DNA of 64,000 nucleotides. Source: an uncultured Candidatus Saccharibacteria bacterium (GTDB lineage Bacteria; Patescibacteriota; Saccharimonadia; Saccharimonadales; Saccharimonadaceae). The notes beneath the pieces are model-generated. The model searched no databases and was not told the origin of the DNA. It saw only the letters and a program-made list of their open reading frames with translations. The position numbers and the translations under genes were made by a program. The DNA lies in assembly GCA_947090635.1 (NCBI GenBank), contig CAMUOM010000001.1, positions 42,277 through 106,276 on the forward strand, in the 5' to 3' direction. Shown here one piece after another: positions 9,023-20,774 of this stretch; positions within the stretch are counted from its first letter, which is position 1; the number at the start of each line of letters is the position of its first letter.

Positions 9023-10996
9023 TTACATTTTTTGTTTAATTTGCGCAATAGTATCGCGTAAATCTGCTGCCTTCTCAAACTCCAAATTAGCCGCCGCTAG
9101 CTCCATCTGCGCCGTTAAATCATCTACCAACACACTGTATTCCTCTGGCGGAATGCGATTTAAGTTTAATTTTGGCTTAGCGTCCTCCTTACCAGGGATA
9201 ATAGCACGCAGCCCCTCGCCAACTTCCTTTGCTACTGAATGCGGCGTAATATGATGCACCTCGTTGTAATGTTGTTGCAATGCACGGCGGCGATTTGTTT
9301 CCTCTATCGCCTCTTTCATCGAATCCGTCACACGGTCGCCATACATAATGACTCGCCCCTCAACATGACGCGCTGCACGGCCAATCGTCTGAATCAACGC
9401 TGGCGTCGAACGTAAGAACCCCTCCTTATCGGCATCAACGATGCAAACTAGCGACACTTCTGGCAAATCTAGCCCCTCACGCAACAAATTAATGCCGACC
9501 AACACATCGTATTTGCCAAGACGCAAATCTTTCAAGATATCACTTCGGTCTAAAGTAGTAATATCACTGTGAATATAAGCCGTCTTAATACCAGCCTCGA
9601 TCAAAAACTCCGTTAAATCCTCTGCCATCCGCTTCGTAAGTGTCGTCACTAGCACACGTTGATTTTTCTTTATCCGCTCACGAATCTCCGCCATGATGTC
9701 ATCAACTTGGTGTTCACTTGGTCGCACCTCGATTTCTGGGTCCAGCAGACCCGTCGGACGAATCACCTGTTCCACCGGCTGCGGCGAATGCGCCAATTCA
9801 TAATCGCCCGGTGTAGCACTCACGCAAATTAGCTGGTTAATATGCTGTTCGAACTCGCTAAATGTTAATGGACGGTTATCTAACGCACTCGGTAAACGAA
9901 AACCGTACTCTACCAGAGTCTCCTTGCGCGCTCGGTCACCATGGTACATACCACGCACCTGAGGTAATGTCATATGCGACTCATCAATCAGCATTAGATA
10001 ATCGTCTGGGAAATAATCTAGTAATGTAGTTGGTTGCTCGCCTTCACTCCGACCTGTCAAATAGCGCGAATAGTTCTCAATCCCCTTTACAAAGCCCGTC
10101 TGCTCTAGCATCTCAACATCGTATTTGATGCGCTGTGTCAAACGCTGCGCCTCAAGTAATTTACCACTCTGCTCAAAGTACTTCACGCGCTGCTCATACT
10201 CAGATTTAATTTGCTCAATAGTCTTTTTTAGCTTCTCTTCTGGTGTAGCATAATGGCTATTCGGGAAGATTCGCACTTCCTCCGGATAGCCCAGTACTTC
10301 GCCCGTTAGGGGGTCGATTTCTAGCAAGCGCTCAACTTCATCACCAAAGAACTCAATACGATAAGCCGTCTCGCGCCCTGACGGATAAATATCTACCGTA
10401 TCACCGCGTACACGAAATGTTCCGCGCGCAAAATCAAGGTCATTCCGCCGATACTGAATATCGTTAAAATGGCGCAACAACTTGGCTTGCTGATACGATT
10501 TACCCTTGACGAGATACACCGACATATCCATGTAATCAGCTGGTGAACCGATACCATAAATACAGCTCACCGACGCCACAATAATCACGTCCCGCCGCGT
10601 CAATAATGCACTGGTAGCAGCATGGCGCAAGCGCTCAATCTCTTCATTAATGCGCGAGTCCTTCTCGATATAAGTATCAGAACTAGTAATATACGCCTCT
10701 GGCTGATAATAATCAAAGTATGATACAAAATAATGTACTGCGTTATCCGGAAAGAATTGCTGAAATTCGGCAAACAATTGCGCCGCCAATGTTTTGTTAT
10801 GTGCCAAAACTAGCGTCGGACGCTTCATCTGATTAATGACATTGGCCATCGTAAAAGTCTTACCCGTGCCAGTGGCACCAAGCAAAACTTGGCAACGTTC
10901 ACCACGCTGCAAGCCATCCATCAACGCGGCAATCGCCCCTGGCTGGTCGCCCATGGGCTGATATGGCGCACATAATTTAAATTCAGCAGGATTCAT
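9023..10996 (-). CDS. uvrB: Excinuclease ABC subunit B
   Basis: Walker [10 protein letters not shown], helicase motifs and a C-terminal UvrB/UvrC interaction helix. 657 aa. Confidence 0.95.
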   Translation of the reverse strand: MNPAEFKLCAPYQPMGDQPGAIAALMDGLQRGERCQVLLGATGTGKTFTMANVINQMKRPTLVLAHNKTLAAQLFAEFQQFFPDNAVHYFVSYFDYYQPEAYITSSDTYIEKDSRINEEIERLRHAATSALLTRRDVIIVASVSCIYGIGSPADYMDMSVYLVKGKSYQQAKLLRHFNDIQYRRNDLDFARGTFRVRGDTVDIYPSGRETAYRIEFFGDEVERLLEIDPLTGEVLGYPEEVRIFPNSHYATPEEKLKKTIEQIKSEYEQRVKYFEQSGKLLEAQRLTQRIKYDVEMLEQTGFVKGIENYSRYLTGRSEGEQPTTLLDYFPDDYLMLIDESHMTLPQVRGMYHGDRARKETLVEYGFRLPSALDNRPLTFSEFEQHINQLICVSATPGDYELAHSPQPVEQVIRPTGLLDPEIEVRPSEHQVDDIMAEIRERIKKNQRVLVTTLTKRMAEDLTEFLIEAGIKTAYIHSDITTLDRSDILKDLRLGKYDVLVGINLLREGLDLPEVSLVCIVDADKEGFLRSTPALIQTIGRAARHVEGRVIMYGDRVTDSMKEAIEETNRRRALQQHYNEVHHITPHSVAKEVGEGLRAIIPGKEDAKPKLNLNRIPPEEYSVLVDDLTAQMELAAANLEFEKAADLRDTIAQIKQKM

Positions 10997-11046
10997 AGCA
11001 TAATCTCTTGACTTATTGCCTAATTATACTATGTTTTAGTAAAATT

Positions 11047-12030
11047 TTACAGAGTAACGGGCTTGGTTACTAGCGGTTCAAGCTCGGGACGACCGCGTAA
11101 AATTCCTGGCTTAGCACCAACATGTTGAATCACGCTCGATGAGTTAGCTGCCGCAAATAAAATCGCGTCTTCTAATTTATCACCCAAAGCATAACGTAAA
11201 GTAAAGCCAGAACAAAAAGCATCGCCTGCCCCAGTGCGGTCAACCGACATCTCCTCACCCTTATATAAACCAGCCCGCAAAGCACGCTCACGGTCAACCA
11301 CTAAAGCTCCATTAGCACCATCTGTAATGATTACCACTGGGCATAACTTACGTAGTTCACGCGCCAAATCCTCGAGCGTATCACCTGATACAATTTGCTG
11401 TGCCTCTTGCTTATTCACCGACAAAATTTCTACATTCGGCAGTAGCGCCTTTAGCTGATCTGGATGCTCTAGCTCGCGCCCACCTGGATTAAAAGCAATT
11501 TTGCAATGATTGGCTCTAGCGTACTGCATCACCTTATCATAAATCGTAAAATTGCCTACCAAAGAAGTAAGATAAATCCAATCAACCTGCCGATTCAGCT
11601 TTGTAAAATCAAAATCTTCTGGCGTAAAATACATGCCGCAACCACGATAAGTCAAGATAGTTCGCTCGCCATTCGGCGCCAACAACAGCGTAGAGTAATC
11701 AGTATTATGGTCGTCTGAATATGCCATTGCTGCATAATCAATGCCTTCAGTAGCAAACGATTTCAACACTGCCGCACCAGCCGGGTCGTGACCAATCTTA
11801 CCCATAAATGTTACTAGCTGGCCGCCACGCGCAAATGTCGTAGCAGCATTCGAAGCGCCACCACCAGTCTGATAATCAACGTGATTCACATAAATCTTGT
11901 CGCCCAATCGAACATTATAGAAACACTCTTCTGGATTAACACATACTGGGTTTAAATGGTCGACATTGCTTAAATAAACATCCTGCGTTGCGGAGCCAAC
12001 ACACAAGAAGCTCAGCGGAGCGCTATTCAC
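11047..12030 (-). CDS. PfkB-family carbohydrate kinase (phosphofructokinase / tagatose-6-P kinase-like)
   Basis: PfkB signature DTTGAGDAFCSGF near the C-terminus. GTG start overlaps the upstream aldolase stop. Confidence 0.75.
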   Translation of the reverse strand: MNSAPLSFLCVGSATQDVYLSNVDHLNPVCVNPEECFYNVRLGDKIYVNHVDYQTGGGASNAATTFARGGQLVTFMGKIGHDPAGAAVLKSFATEGIDYAAMAYSDDHNTDYSTLLLAPNGERTILTYRGCGMYFTPEDFDFTKLNRQVDWIYLTSLVGNFTIYDKVMQYARANHCKIAFNPGGRELEHPDQLKALLPNVEILSVNKQEAQQIVSGDTLEDLARELRKLCPVVIITDGANGALVVDRERALRAGLYKGEEMSVDRTGAGDAFCSGFTLRYALGDKLEDAILFAAANSSSVIQHVGAKPGILRGRPELEPLVTKPVTL

Positions 12031-12935
12031 TAGGGGCGTGCCTTTCCGGCCGAACCGAAGACTTGCATCTTACTCTCAACCACCGCCGCCACTGCTTCGC
12101 GCACTGCTGGCATCAACTTTACAATCGCGTATTGGTCAGGATTGTCTTTCAACACTTGTTCAAGGGTCTTGCGATAAGCATAACGCATATCACTATTGAT
12201 ATTAACCTTACTAGCACCCACCACGGCTGCCTCGCGGAAGAAGTGAAGTGGCGTGCCCGAACCACCATGCAATGAAATATTACAGTCAATCGCTGCACGG
12301 ATTCGCGAAAGCAATTCGATATCGAGAATCTTCGGCACTGGATATTTACCATGCAAATTACCAATGGCAGCAGCAAAAGTATCAATACCCGTTGCGTCAA
12401 CAAAGGCTTTAGCGCCCTCCGGCGTCGAAAACGTCTGCTTTACGACCTCGTAATCAATTGCCTCATTATGATAGTTAGATGACCCACCAAAATAATGCGG
12501 CTCCGACTCAACCAACGCACCGGTAAACTTCGCATATTCTACCACTTTGCGCGTAGCAGCAATAATCTCTTCATCTGTAGCATCGTGATTTGCTTGCGAC
12601 ACATCAATATGAATAAACTCAAAACCACAATCAATCGCCTCTTTACAAGATTCAATGGTTGGTGCGTGGTCAAGGTTAAGATACATTTCGATACCATATT
12701 CACGACGATAATTGTTCACCATATCGCGCAAATTTTGGCAACCAATCGCAGTAACTTCGCCATGGCTAGCTTCTACTAATACTGGCGACTGGTACTTCTG
12801 TGCCGTCTGACAAATAGCAATTAAAGTTGCCTGATCGTCAACATTAAATGCTCCTACTGCAAAATGCTCACTCCGTGCGCGCTGCATTAAATCACGTGCT
12901 GCTGTTGTATGATTTCTAATTTCTCTGATATTCAT
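12030..12935 (-). CDS. fba: Class II fructose/tagatose-bisphosphate aldolase
   Basis: FAVGAFNV, ASHGE and HLDH-type metal ligands typical of class II aldolase. Start set at the ATG with GAGGGTG SD. The track ORF begins at a GTG 2 codons upstream. Confidence 0.85.
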   Translation of the reverse strand: MNIREIRNHTTAARDLMQRARSEHFAVGAFNVDDQATLIAICQTAQKYQSPVLVEASHGEVTAIGCQNLRDMVNNYRREYGIEMYLNLDHAPTIESCKEAIDCGFEFIHIDVSQANHDATDEEIIAATRKVVEYAKFTGALVESEPHYFGGSSNYHNEAIDYEVVKQTFSTPEGAKAFVDATGIDTFAAAIGNLHGKYPVPKILDIELLSRIRAAIDCNISLHGGSGTPLHFFREAAVVGASKVNINSDMRYAYRKTLEQVLKDNPDQYAIVKLMPAVREAVAAVVESKMQVFGSAGKARP

Positions 12936-12985
12936 TGCCACCCTCTAAAATGTTATTAATTATGCTTATGTATACTATTATAGCA

Positions 12986-13966
12986 CTACTCGCCAATTAA
13001 TTGCGTAATTTGGCGTAACACACCAGCCACATCCAAACCATAATGCGCCAGTAATTCATCTGCCGTACCAGATTGGCCAAATTGGTCATTTACGCCAATT
13101 CGCTTAAAGACCTGCGGTACTACGCCGGATTCCAATAACAGTTCCGCAATTGCCGAGCCAAATCCGCCAGCCACTTGATGCTCTTCAAGAGTAACCGCGA
13201 CGGAATTTTTACCCACCTCGCGCAAAATGGTCTCACGGTCAAGTGGCTTAATTGTTGGCACATGCACCACCGAAGCGCCAATTCCCCGCTCCGCTAGCGC
13301 CTGCGCTACAAGCAATGCCGTACCAGTCATAGTGCCGGTCGAGAGTAGAGTAATGGTCGCCTCGTCGTCCTGTCGTACTACATAAGCCTTACCTATCTTA
13401 AAGTTGTCATCGGGCGTCGAAAATACCACTTGGTCAGAGCGTGGCACGCGAATATACACCGGATGTGGGTAATCATAAACCGCCTGCACTATTTGCGCCG
13501 CTTCATTGGCATCACCCGGCGCCAGCACAGTCATGTTTGGCAGTACACGCATTAACGCAATATCCTCAAGCATTTGATGTGTTGCGCCGTCGGGGCCGAC
13601 ATTTAAACCCGTATGACTGCCAATCACTTTTACTGGCTGGTCATTGAGACAAATCGTCGTCCGAATTTGTTCCCAGTTACGCCCCGGACTAAAAGCTGCA
13701 TACGCCGCAAGATAAACGGCCTTACCCTCGTGAGCCAAACCACTTGCTAGTGTCACTAAATTTTGCTCAGCAATTCCAGTTTCAATAAACCGAGCACCGT
13801 GGCGCTCTTTAAACTCCGCTAGCCCCACTGAACTCGCTAGATCAGCGGTCACCGCCACAACGTCTTGATGTTGCGCACCTAATTCTGCAAGAGCATGACC
13901 AAGTGCCTTGCGCACCGACTGATTCACTGGGTTACCCTTAATTAATTGTTCGTCCAACTTATACAT
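12986..13966 (-). CDS. Transketolase, C-terminal (pyrimidine-binding) subunit of a split enzyme
   Basis: 326 aa matching the Pyr and C-terminal domains of transketolase. Immediately downstream of the N-terminal subunit with an 8-nt overlap. Confidence 0.85.
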   Translation of the reverse strand: MYKLDEQLIKGNPVNQSVRKALGHALAELGAQHQDVVAVTADLASSVGLAEFKERHGARFIETGIAEQNLVTLASGLAHEGKAVYLAAYAAFSPGRNWEQIRTTICLNDQPVKVIGSHTGLNVGPDGATHQMLEDIALMRVLPNMTVLAPGDANEAAQIVQAVYDYPHPVYIRVPRSDQVVFSTPDDNFKIGKAYVVRQDDEATITLLSTGTMTGTALLVAQALAERGIGASVVHVPTIKPLDRETILREVGKNSVAVTLEEHQVAGGFGSAIAELLLESGVVPQVFKRIGVNDQFGQSGTADELLAHYGLDVAGVLRQITQLIGE

Positions 13967-14789
13967 TTAATTCCTCCAAAGCCTGTTGCGCCTGTTCCGC
14001 ATTTGGCACCTTACCATGCCAATGATAGTCATTTTCCATAAAGCTCACACCCTTCGCTGGCACTGTATTAGCAATAATTGTTACTGGCTGATTATTATCT
14101 TCCGGTAAATTCAGCACAGTGTTGCATATTTCAGCCACGTCATTACCATTTATTACTTTTACTAGCCAGCCAAAGCTACGCCATTTGTCAGCTAGAGGCT
14201 CTAGCGGCATGATATCCTCGGTCTTGCCAGATAATTGAATAGTATTACGGTCAACAAATACCACCAAATTATTTAGCTGAGACTTACCGGCAAACATAGC
14301 AGCCTCCCAAATATTGCCTTCATCCAATTCACCGTCACCCGTCACGCAATAGACTCGGCGCTTAGTTTGGTCAAGATATTTAATACTGTAAGCCATGCCC
14401 GCCGCCTGCGACACGCCTGAACCTAATGGTCCAGATGTAGTCTCAAGATACGGCAAAGCAGTTCGTTCCGGATGTCCCTGCAAGTGTGAACCAAATTTTC
14501 GCAAACTCATTAGCTCATCCGGCTTGATAACACCACCCTCTGCTAGAGCAGCATACAACACTGGACAAGTATGGCCAGCCGACAGCACTAATAAATCCCG
14601 CGTAGTATCGTGCGGATCGCTAAAATTATAATGCATCAGCTTAAAATACAAGCTAGCAAAAATATCCGCCAAATCAAGCGACCCAGCAGTGTGCCCCGAC
14701 CCTGCCGCAGTTAACATTTTAATAATATTACGCCGCATATTGCGGGCGTGTTCACGCAATATACCAGCTTCCGACTCAGTGATGTTCAT
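13959..14789 (-). CDS. Transketolase, N-terminal (TPP-binding) subunit of a split enzyme
   Basis: 276 aa with the TPP-binding GDGELDEGNIWEA motif. TAAAAT lies 6 nt upstream of the ATG. Confidence 0.85.
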   Translation of the reverse strand: MNITESEAGILREHARNMRRNIIKMLTAAGSGHTAGSLDLADIFASLYFKLMHYNFSDPHDTTRDLLVLSAGHTCPVLYAALAEGGVIKPDELMSLRKFGSHLQGHPERTALPYLETTSGPLGSGVSQAAGMAYSIKYLDQTKRRVYCVTGDGELDEGNIWEAAMFAGKSQLNNLVVFVDRNTIQLSGKTEDIMPLEPLADKWRSFGWLVKVINGNDVAEICNTVLNLPEDNNQPVTIIANTVPAKGVSFMENDYHWHGKVPNAEQAQQALEELNV

Positions 14790-14798
14790 GGTTATATT

Positions 14799-15455
14799 TT
14801 AACACGTTTCATCAACCAGCGCTGTCAGCTTTTGGTAAGCAACGCGAGCATTTGGCGCATGACTAATCGCCCCGCCAACATTAATCCACGAGATTCCCGC
14901 TTGCTGCAATTCAACCACGTTATCTTGGTTTGCGCCACCATCCCACTCAAGTTGAACTTGCGGGTTAATTTGTCGAACCAAGTCAACCTTTTTAAGCTGT
15001 ATTAAATCCGCCGTGCCACCTTGATATCCCAGATGACCACCAAAAATCAACACATGCTGCGCCAATTTAATCAATTCCACTGCCGACTCCGGCTGCGTTT
15101 CAGGCAATAATGCTACGCCAAATTCAATACCAAACTTAGCTAAATGTTGTGCCAAACTAGGTAATTTTACTGCTGCGCTAGCCTCAGCGTGAACAATTAC
15201 CAAATCGGGATGTAAAGAAACAATCTGATCCACCCAAGTAGCTGGATCGTGCATCATCAAATGCAATACAATTTTAGCATCAAATGGCTCAAACTGCCGC
15301 CAATAAATCTGATTTAAATTAACCGTCTCACTTGGCGCAAACTGACCGTCTGTAATATCAATGTGGATTGCCGGCGCAAACTGCACAAATTCCTGCATGC
15401 GCTGCTGATACACCGCAGGGTCGTCGGTAGTAATGGTGGGCACGATATAGGTCAT
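14799..15455 (-). CDS. rpe: Ribulose-phosphate 3-epimerase-like
   Basis: 218-aa TIM-barrel-like protein with HIDITDGQFAPSE resembling the Rpe metal-binding motif. Sits in a pentose-phosphate gene cluster. ATGA overlap with rpiB. Confidence 0.7.
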   Translation of the reverse strand: MTYIVPTITTDDPAVYQQRMQEFVQFAPAIHIDITDGQFAPSETVNLNQIYWRQFEPFDAKIVLHLMMHDPATWVDQIVSLHPDLVIVHAEASAAVKLPSLAQHLAKFGIEFGVALLPETQPESAVELIKLAQHVLIFGGHLGYQGGTADLIQLKKVDLVRQINPQVQLEWDGGANQDNVVELQQAGISWINVGGAISHAPNARVAYQKLTALVDETC

Positions 15456-15904
15456 AGCTCATCTAGCTCTTTGTTACGACGAATATAGCGCTCAGCGCCG
15501 GCAAACGGTGTCTTCAGGAAAGTATCAATGATATCCTTCCAGAGCGGTTCGTTATAATCTTTGTCTAGTACACGCGCCGGTAGGCAAAGACAATTAGCAT
15601 CATTATCATTGCGGCCATAACGCGCGTCAGATACTGAAGTAGCAACAATTGCCCGTACTCCCTTAGTGCGGTTAGCCGCCATTGCCATTCCCTGGCCGCC
15701 ACCACAAATTAAAATGGCCTGGTCGATATCATCAACCTCGTCAACTAGCTTAACCGCCGCACGATGTGCAAACTCCGGAAAATCATCGTCTGGATCAAAC
15801 TCTTGGTTTGAACAATCCGCTATTTGGTAACCTTGCTTTGTTAAATAATCTGCTATTTTATTTTTTAGATAAAACCCCTGATGGTCGGCACCCAAGTAAA
15901 TCAT
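15452..15904 (-). CDS. rpiB: Ribose-5-phosphate isomerase B
   Basis: 150 aa of the RpiB/LacAB family: MIYLGADHQG....ILICGGGQGM. AGGAGGG SD upstream. Confidence 0.85.
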   Translation of the reverse strand: MIYLGADHQGFYLKNKIADYLTKQGYQIADCSNQEFDPDDDFPEFAHRAAVKLVDEVDDIDQAILICGGGQGMAMAANRTKGVRAIVATSVSDARYGRNDNDANCLCLPARVLDKDYNEPLWKDIIDTFLKTPFAGAERYIRRNKELDEL

Positions 15905-15941
15905 TTACCCTCCTATTTACAATACTATTATAACACTTAAC

Positions 15942-15973
15942 AAAAATTAGCCCTTAATAAAGGGCTAATTTAG
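15942..15973 (-). terminator. Intrinsic terminator downstream of gap
   Basis: aaaaattagccctt-aata-aagggctaattt: stem plus a T-run on the minus strand. Confidence 0.7.
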
Positions 15974-15989
15974 TTATATATCTAGCTAG

Positions 15990-17030
<1,041 letters not shown>

Positions 17031-17051
17031 TTAGCAAAAAATAGAAATAAT

Positions 17052-19181
17052 TCAATATCGTAGCTCCGCGCCGGTATTTGGCGCACCATACTTACCACGT
17101 AAATACTTCGCTCGCACACCAGCATCATCTATATAATGCGGCAACGCAGTATGTAGCGACCGGTCACTCAAGGTTTGGTTTCTCTTCTGCAATAGATTTA
17201 GCTTATCCCAGGCCTTTTTAATAGCAGATTCAAACTGTTTATTTAAGGCATTACGCTGACGCAGCTCATTTTTAGTTTGCATTAATTCATTACGCAACGC
17301 AATATCTCTTAGGCTATTTTTCGTACTACCTTTACTTAAAGTAGTCAGTTGTGGCTGCCGTTTTGTCTCATTATTAGTGTTAGCCGTACTAGTTGTGCCA
17401 ATAGCATTTTCCGTATTATCTTTATTTTTATTCGTTATCTCAGTCGTACCATTACTATTTGGTTCAGGTTTACGCCTAAATAAAGTTCCGTGTGGTACAA
17501 ATGGCTTAATCATAGGATTCACTGGTTTTACAGGTTTAAATTCCAATTTACCATCGCCATTTAAAGATGGATGATGCCCATCGCCACCAAAAACATTTGG
17601 GTTATTCGGTATCTGAGGCTTATCGTAGGTGTATTGACCTACGACGGTTTTACGTCCATTGATATCTTCTATAGACACCGCCACCGTACCAACATGCAAT
17701 GACGGCGGCACAGAAAATTGCACCGTATTATCATCCAAATATTCAATTTTATCCGTAGTTAATTCTACGCCACCAAAAAATATTTTCTTGAGCAAATGTT
17801 CATTTTTGCCCATGGAAATCGTTAAATCAGGCGTGATATCCGGTATAGACTCGTTGCCAGTATGTAACTCATATAGTCTACCACTAGCACTCAAGCCGAG
17901 AACCACACCAGTAGTATACTCATTTAAACCCGGCTGCAGTGGAATTAAACGTATAATTTTTTCATTCAGAGGAGTAGCGATGTTAATCCACGAATTATTA
18001 TCCCCTACATACAACATAAAAACATCACCCGCTTCATTTAACGCAAAATGACCAGCTAAACCGTCATCCAATAATTGTCCAATCGGCTCACGCGTTGGTG
18101 GTAATGGCAAACCACCCTGAACGCCGCCGCCGTTAAAAGCAAAGGCTATCGCGCCATCTGATACTATAAAAGCCTGTTCTGCGTTAGCACTAGTTCCGTT
18201 AGGGTCTAACGAGCCAGCCGATACATGCGTAAACCCATAGCTCTCAGGAGCTAAATTATATTTATTTTTCAATAATGCCCTCGGCACTGAACTAGTCGAC
18301 CAAGTATACGGCATATCTTTGGTAATCGCAGCTATATCATGTGTTATTGGATTAACAGCAACTTCCCTTACCCTACCATCAAACTCTTTCGTATATATAA
18401 TCGGATTACGGTCTAGATATGACCACACAGCTACGCCGTCAGCACCAGCTTGACAGTCACTATTGTCACTACAAATTCTCGCAACAATAGATGTATCGTT
18501 AATTTCACCAACAATATTAACGTCAAGTACTTTATAATTATCTAGCGGCAAAGGCTTTGGCTCATTGCCGTCACCCCAGAAATAGGCTGTGCCATCTTCC
18601 AATAGCGCTACCGATGCATTGTGCTTTGCTGTGATAGCAATGGCAGCCTTTGGCAACTTAACTATCACCGCCTGTTGCGCGTTAATATGAATATTATCGT
18701 CAGACACATAGCCAAGCTGTCCCCAATCATTATCACCCCAAGCCACAACTGACCCGTTATACAATAGAGCTAGCTCGTGACGATCACCTCTAGCATAAGA
18801 TTTAATTCTGCCAATCGGCTTACGAACTTCGCCCGACAAGTATGGACTGTGTAAAGTAATAACATCACCACCCAACGTTAAGCCAGACTTAGAGCTTAAA
18901 CCATATGGCTTATTTACTGGCTTATTATCTGCACTAGAACTATCATTATTCGCACTAGCCTCTAAATTCACCTTGTCAGTAGAATTACTAGGCTCATTAG
19001 GATTAGTGTTTGCTACATTGAAATTTACCGTCTCTCGATCTTCCCCTTCAACAACATCAGACGATGTATCAGGGTCTTCGCTACTGCCCACCAGCAAATC
19101 CTCAGCTAGCGCCACTTGCGGCATAGCCATTAATACTACACCTACCGCAATTACCATACACGACCGAACTTTTTTAAACAT
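17052..19181 (-). CDS. Secreted RCC1-repeat (beta-propeller) protein with an IPT/TIG-like domain and a coiled-coil C-terminal tail
   Basis: Signal peptide MFKKVRSCMVIAVGVVLMAMPQVALA. RCC1 signature ALLYNGSVVAWGDNDWGQLGY, with further repeats. TIG-like beta segment. The C-terminal 120 aa are rich in heptad-like K/Q/L. GGGGG SD upstream. Confidence 0.7.
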   Translation of the reverse strand: MFKKVRSCMVIAVGVVLMAMPQVALAEDLLVGSSEDPDTSSDVVEGEDRETVNFNVANTNPNEPSNSTDKVNLEASANNDSSSADNKPVNKPYGLSSKSGLTLGGDVITLHSPYLSGEVRKPIGRIKSYARGDRHELALLYNGSVVAWGDNDWGQLGYVSDDNIHINAQQAVIVKLPKAAIAITAKHNASVALLEDGTAYFWGDGNEPKPLPLDNYKVLDVNIVGEINDTSIVARICSDNSDCQAGADGVAVWSYLDRNPIIYTKEFDGRVREVAVNPITHDIAAITKDMPYTWSTSSVPRALLKNKYNLAPESYGFTHVSAGSLDPNGTSANAEQAFIVSDGAIAFAFNGGGVQGGLPLPPTREPIGQLLDDGLAGHFALNEAGDVFMLYVGDNNSWINIATPLNEKIIRLIPLQPGLNEYTTGVVLGLSASGRLYELHTGNESIPDITPDLTISMGKNEHLLKKIFFGGVELTTDKIEYLDDNTVQFSVPPSLHVGTVAVSIEDINGRKTVVGQYTYDKPQIPNNPNVFGGDGHHPSLNGDGKLEFKPVKPVNPMIKPFVPHGTLFRRKPEPNSNGTTEITNKNKDNTENAIGTTSTANTNNETKRQPQLTTLSKGSTKNSLRDIALRNELMQTKNELRQRNALNKQFESAIKKAWDKLNLLQKRNQTLSDRSLHTALPHYIDDAGVRAKYLRGKYGAPNTGAELRY

Positions 19182-19263
19182 GACGCCCCCTAAATTTAAA
19201 TTATTACAGCCGCTAAAGAATATAGTTATATTATAACGCTAATGCTTATTTTGTCCAGTAAAG

Positions 19264-19272
19264 TGCTATAAT
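19264..19272 (+). promoter_or_regulatory. Extended -10 element (TGcTATAAT) 6 nt upstream of the rel ATG; implies a leaderless mRNA
   Basis: gtgctataat-tgtcat-ATG. There is no SD. Confidence 0.6.
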
Positions 19273-19278
19273 TGTCAT

Positions 19279-20763
19279 ATGAAAGAAGCAACAGAATTTT
19301 TAAAGCTCGCACGGCAGAAGTTTGCGGACGATAAAGACTACCAAAAAATCGTCTTAGCGCTTGATTTTGCTACCGAGAAGCACGCTGGTCAAAAACGCCT
19401 CAGCGGCGAACCATACATCATCCACCCAATTGCTGTTGCGACAATTCTCTGTGAATGGAACATGGACCGCGACTCCGTTGTCGCCGGTCTACTACATGAT
19501 GTCGCTGAAGATACCGGCACAGATTTAGGCGAAATAGGCGCAAAATTTGGCGATGACGTAGCGTTATTGGTTGATGGCGTCACTAAAATCAGCAAGGCAC
19601 GCAGTGGACGCGATGATATTACTCACTATCTACCAAAAACTAAAGACAACCTAACTAAACTGTTAGTTGCTATTGGGGCCGACGTCCGTGTCATTATTAT
19701 TAAATTGGCTGACCGCCTACACAATCTACGCACGCTCCAATATCAAACCCGTGAAAAACAACTTAAAAAAGCACGTGAAAGCCTTGAGGTATTTGGCCCG
19801 CTCGCCGACCGACTCAATATGGGGCGAGTACGCGTTGAGATTGAAGACTTAAGCTTTAAATACCTCGCACCAAAACGCTATGAAAAATTACGCGCCTTAA
19901 TTGACCGAAGAATCAGCGAAAGCAAACAGACTATCGACCAAGTTCGTAATGAAGTAAGCAAAAAGTTGGCCGAAGAAAAAATCCCTTGTCATGTAGAAGG
20001 GCGTATTAAGTCAGTTTATTCACTTCATAAAAAGTTGACCAAACACTCTGATATTAACGACATCTACGACCTCATGGCACTACGTGTTATCACCGACGAC
20101 GTCTCATCTTGCTATCTCGTACTCGGCTTACTTCACCAGATGTATACTCCAATGCCTGGGCGCATCAAAGACTATATTGCGCGGCCAAAAACTAACGGCT
20201 ATCAGTCGCTACACACTACAGTGACTACACCAGAAGGTCAAGTCGTAGAGTTCCAGATCCGCACTAAACAAATGCATGAATACGCCGAACGTGGTCTTGC
20301 TGCGTCATTCCATTACAATGAGCAAAAGCTAACCGATACCTACAAGCGCGGCGGACTGGCGCCTCTGCCAGCTAACCTAAACTGGATTCACGAGCTCCAA
20401 GTAGCTGCCGCTAAGTTGCGTGCCGGTAAGCAAGTCAACTTTGACGCCTTTAAGGTCAACCTATTCTCCGACCGCATTTTCGTCTATTCACCACGTGGCG
20501 ACATCTTCGACTTGCCATCTGGCGCCTTGCCACTCGACTTTGCCTACCAAGTTCACTCCGACGTAGCCGCCAAGGCTGCTGGCTTTATGGTTAATGGGCG
20601 ACTGGTTAAGTTCGATACACCACTTAAGTCAGGCGATGTCGTAGAAGTAATTACACGCAAAAATGTCATTCCGCACCTTGATTGGCTAAATAAAATCGCC
20701 ACCGGTCGTGCACGACGCAAGTTGCGCAATCAGCTCAGTAAAAATAGCCAGATTAATCAGTAA
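19279..20763 (+). CDS. rel: Bifunctional (p)ppGpp synthetase/hydrolase, RelA/SpoT homolog (HD + synthetase + TGS domains; no ACT domain)
   Basis: HD motif HDVAEDT. Synthetase motif YQSLHTTV. The C-terminal TGS-like segment ends at 494 aa. Confidence 0.9.
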   Translation: MKEATEFLKLARQKFADDKDYQKIVLALDFATEKHAGQKRLSGEPYIIHPIAVATILCEWNMDRDSVVAGLLHDVAEDTGTDLGEIGAKFGDDVALLVDGVTKISKARSGRDDITHYLPKTKDNLTKLLVAIGADVRVIIIKLADRLHNLRTLQYQTREKQLKKARESLEVFGPLADRLNMGRVRVEIEDLSFKYLAPKRYEKLRALIDRRISESKQTIDQVRNEVSKKLAEEKIPCHVEGRIKSVYSLHKKLTKHSDINDIYDLMALRVITDDVSSCYLVLGLLHQMYTPMPGRIKDYIARPKTNGYQSLHTTVTTPEGQVVEFQIRTKQMHEYAERGLAASFHYNEQKLTDTYKRGGLAPLPANLNWIHELQVAAAKLRAGKQVNFDAFKVNLFSDRIFVYSPRGDIFDLPSGALPLDFAYQVHSDVAAKAAGFMVNGRLVKFDTPLKSGDVVEVITRKNVIPHLDWLNKIATGRARRKLRNQLSKNSQINQ

Positions 20764-20774
20764 TCACCAAAATT

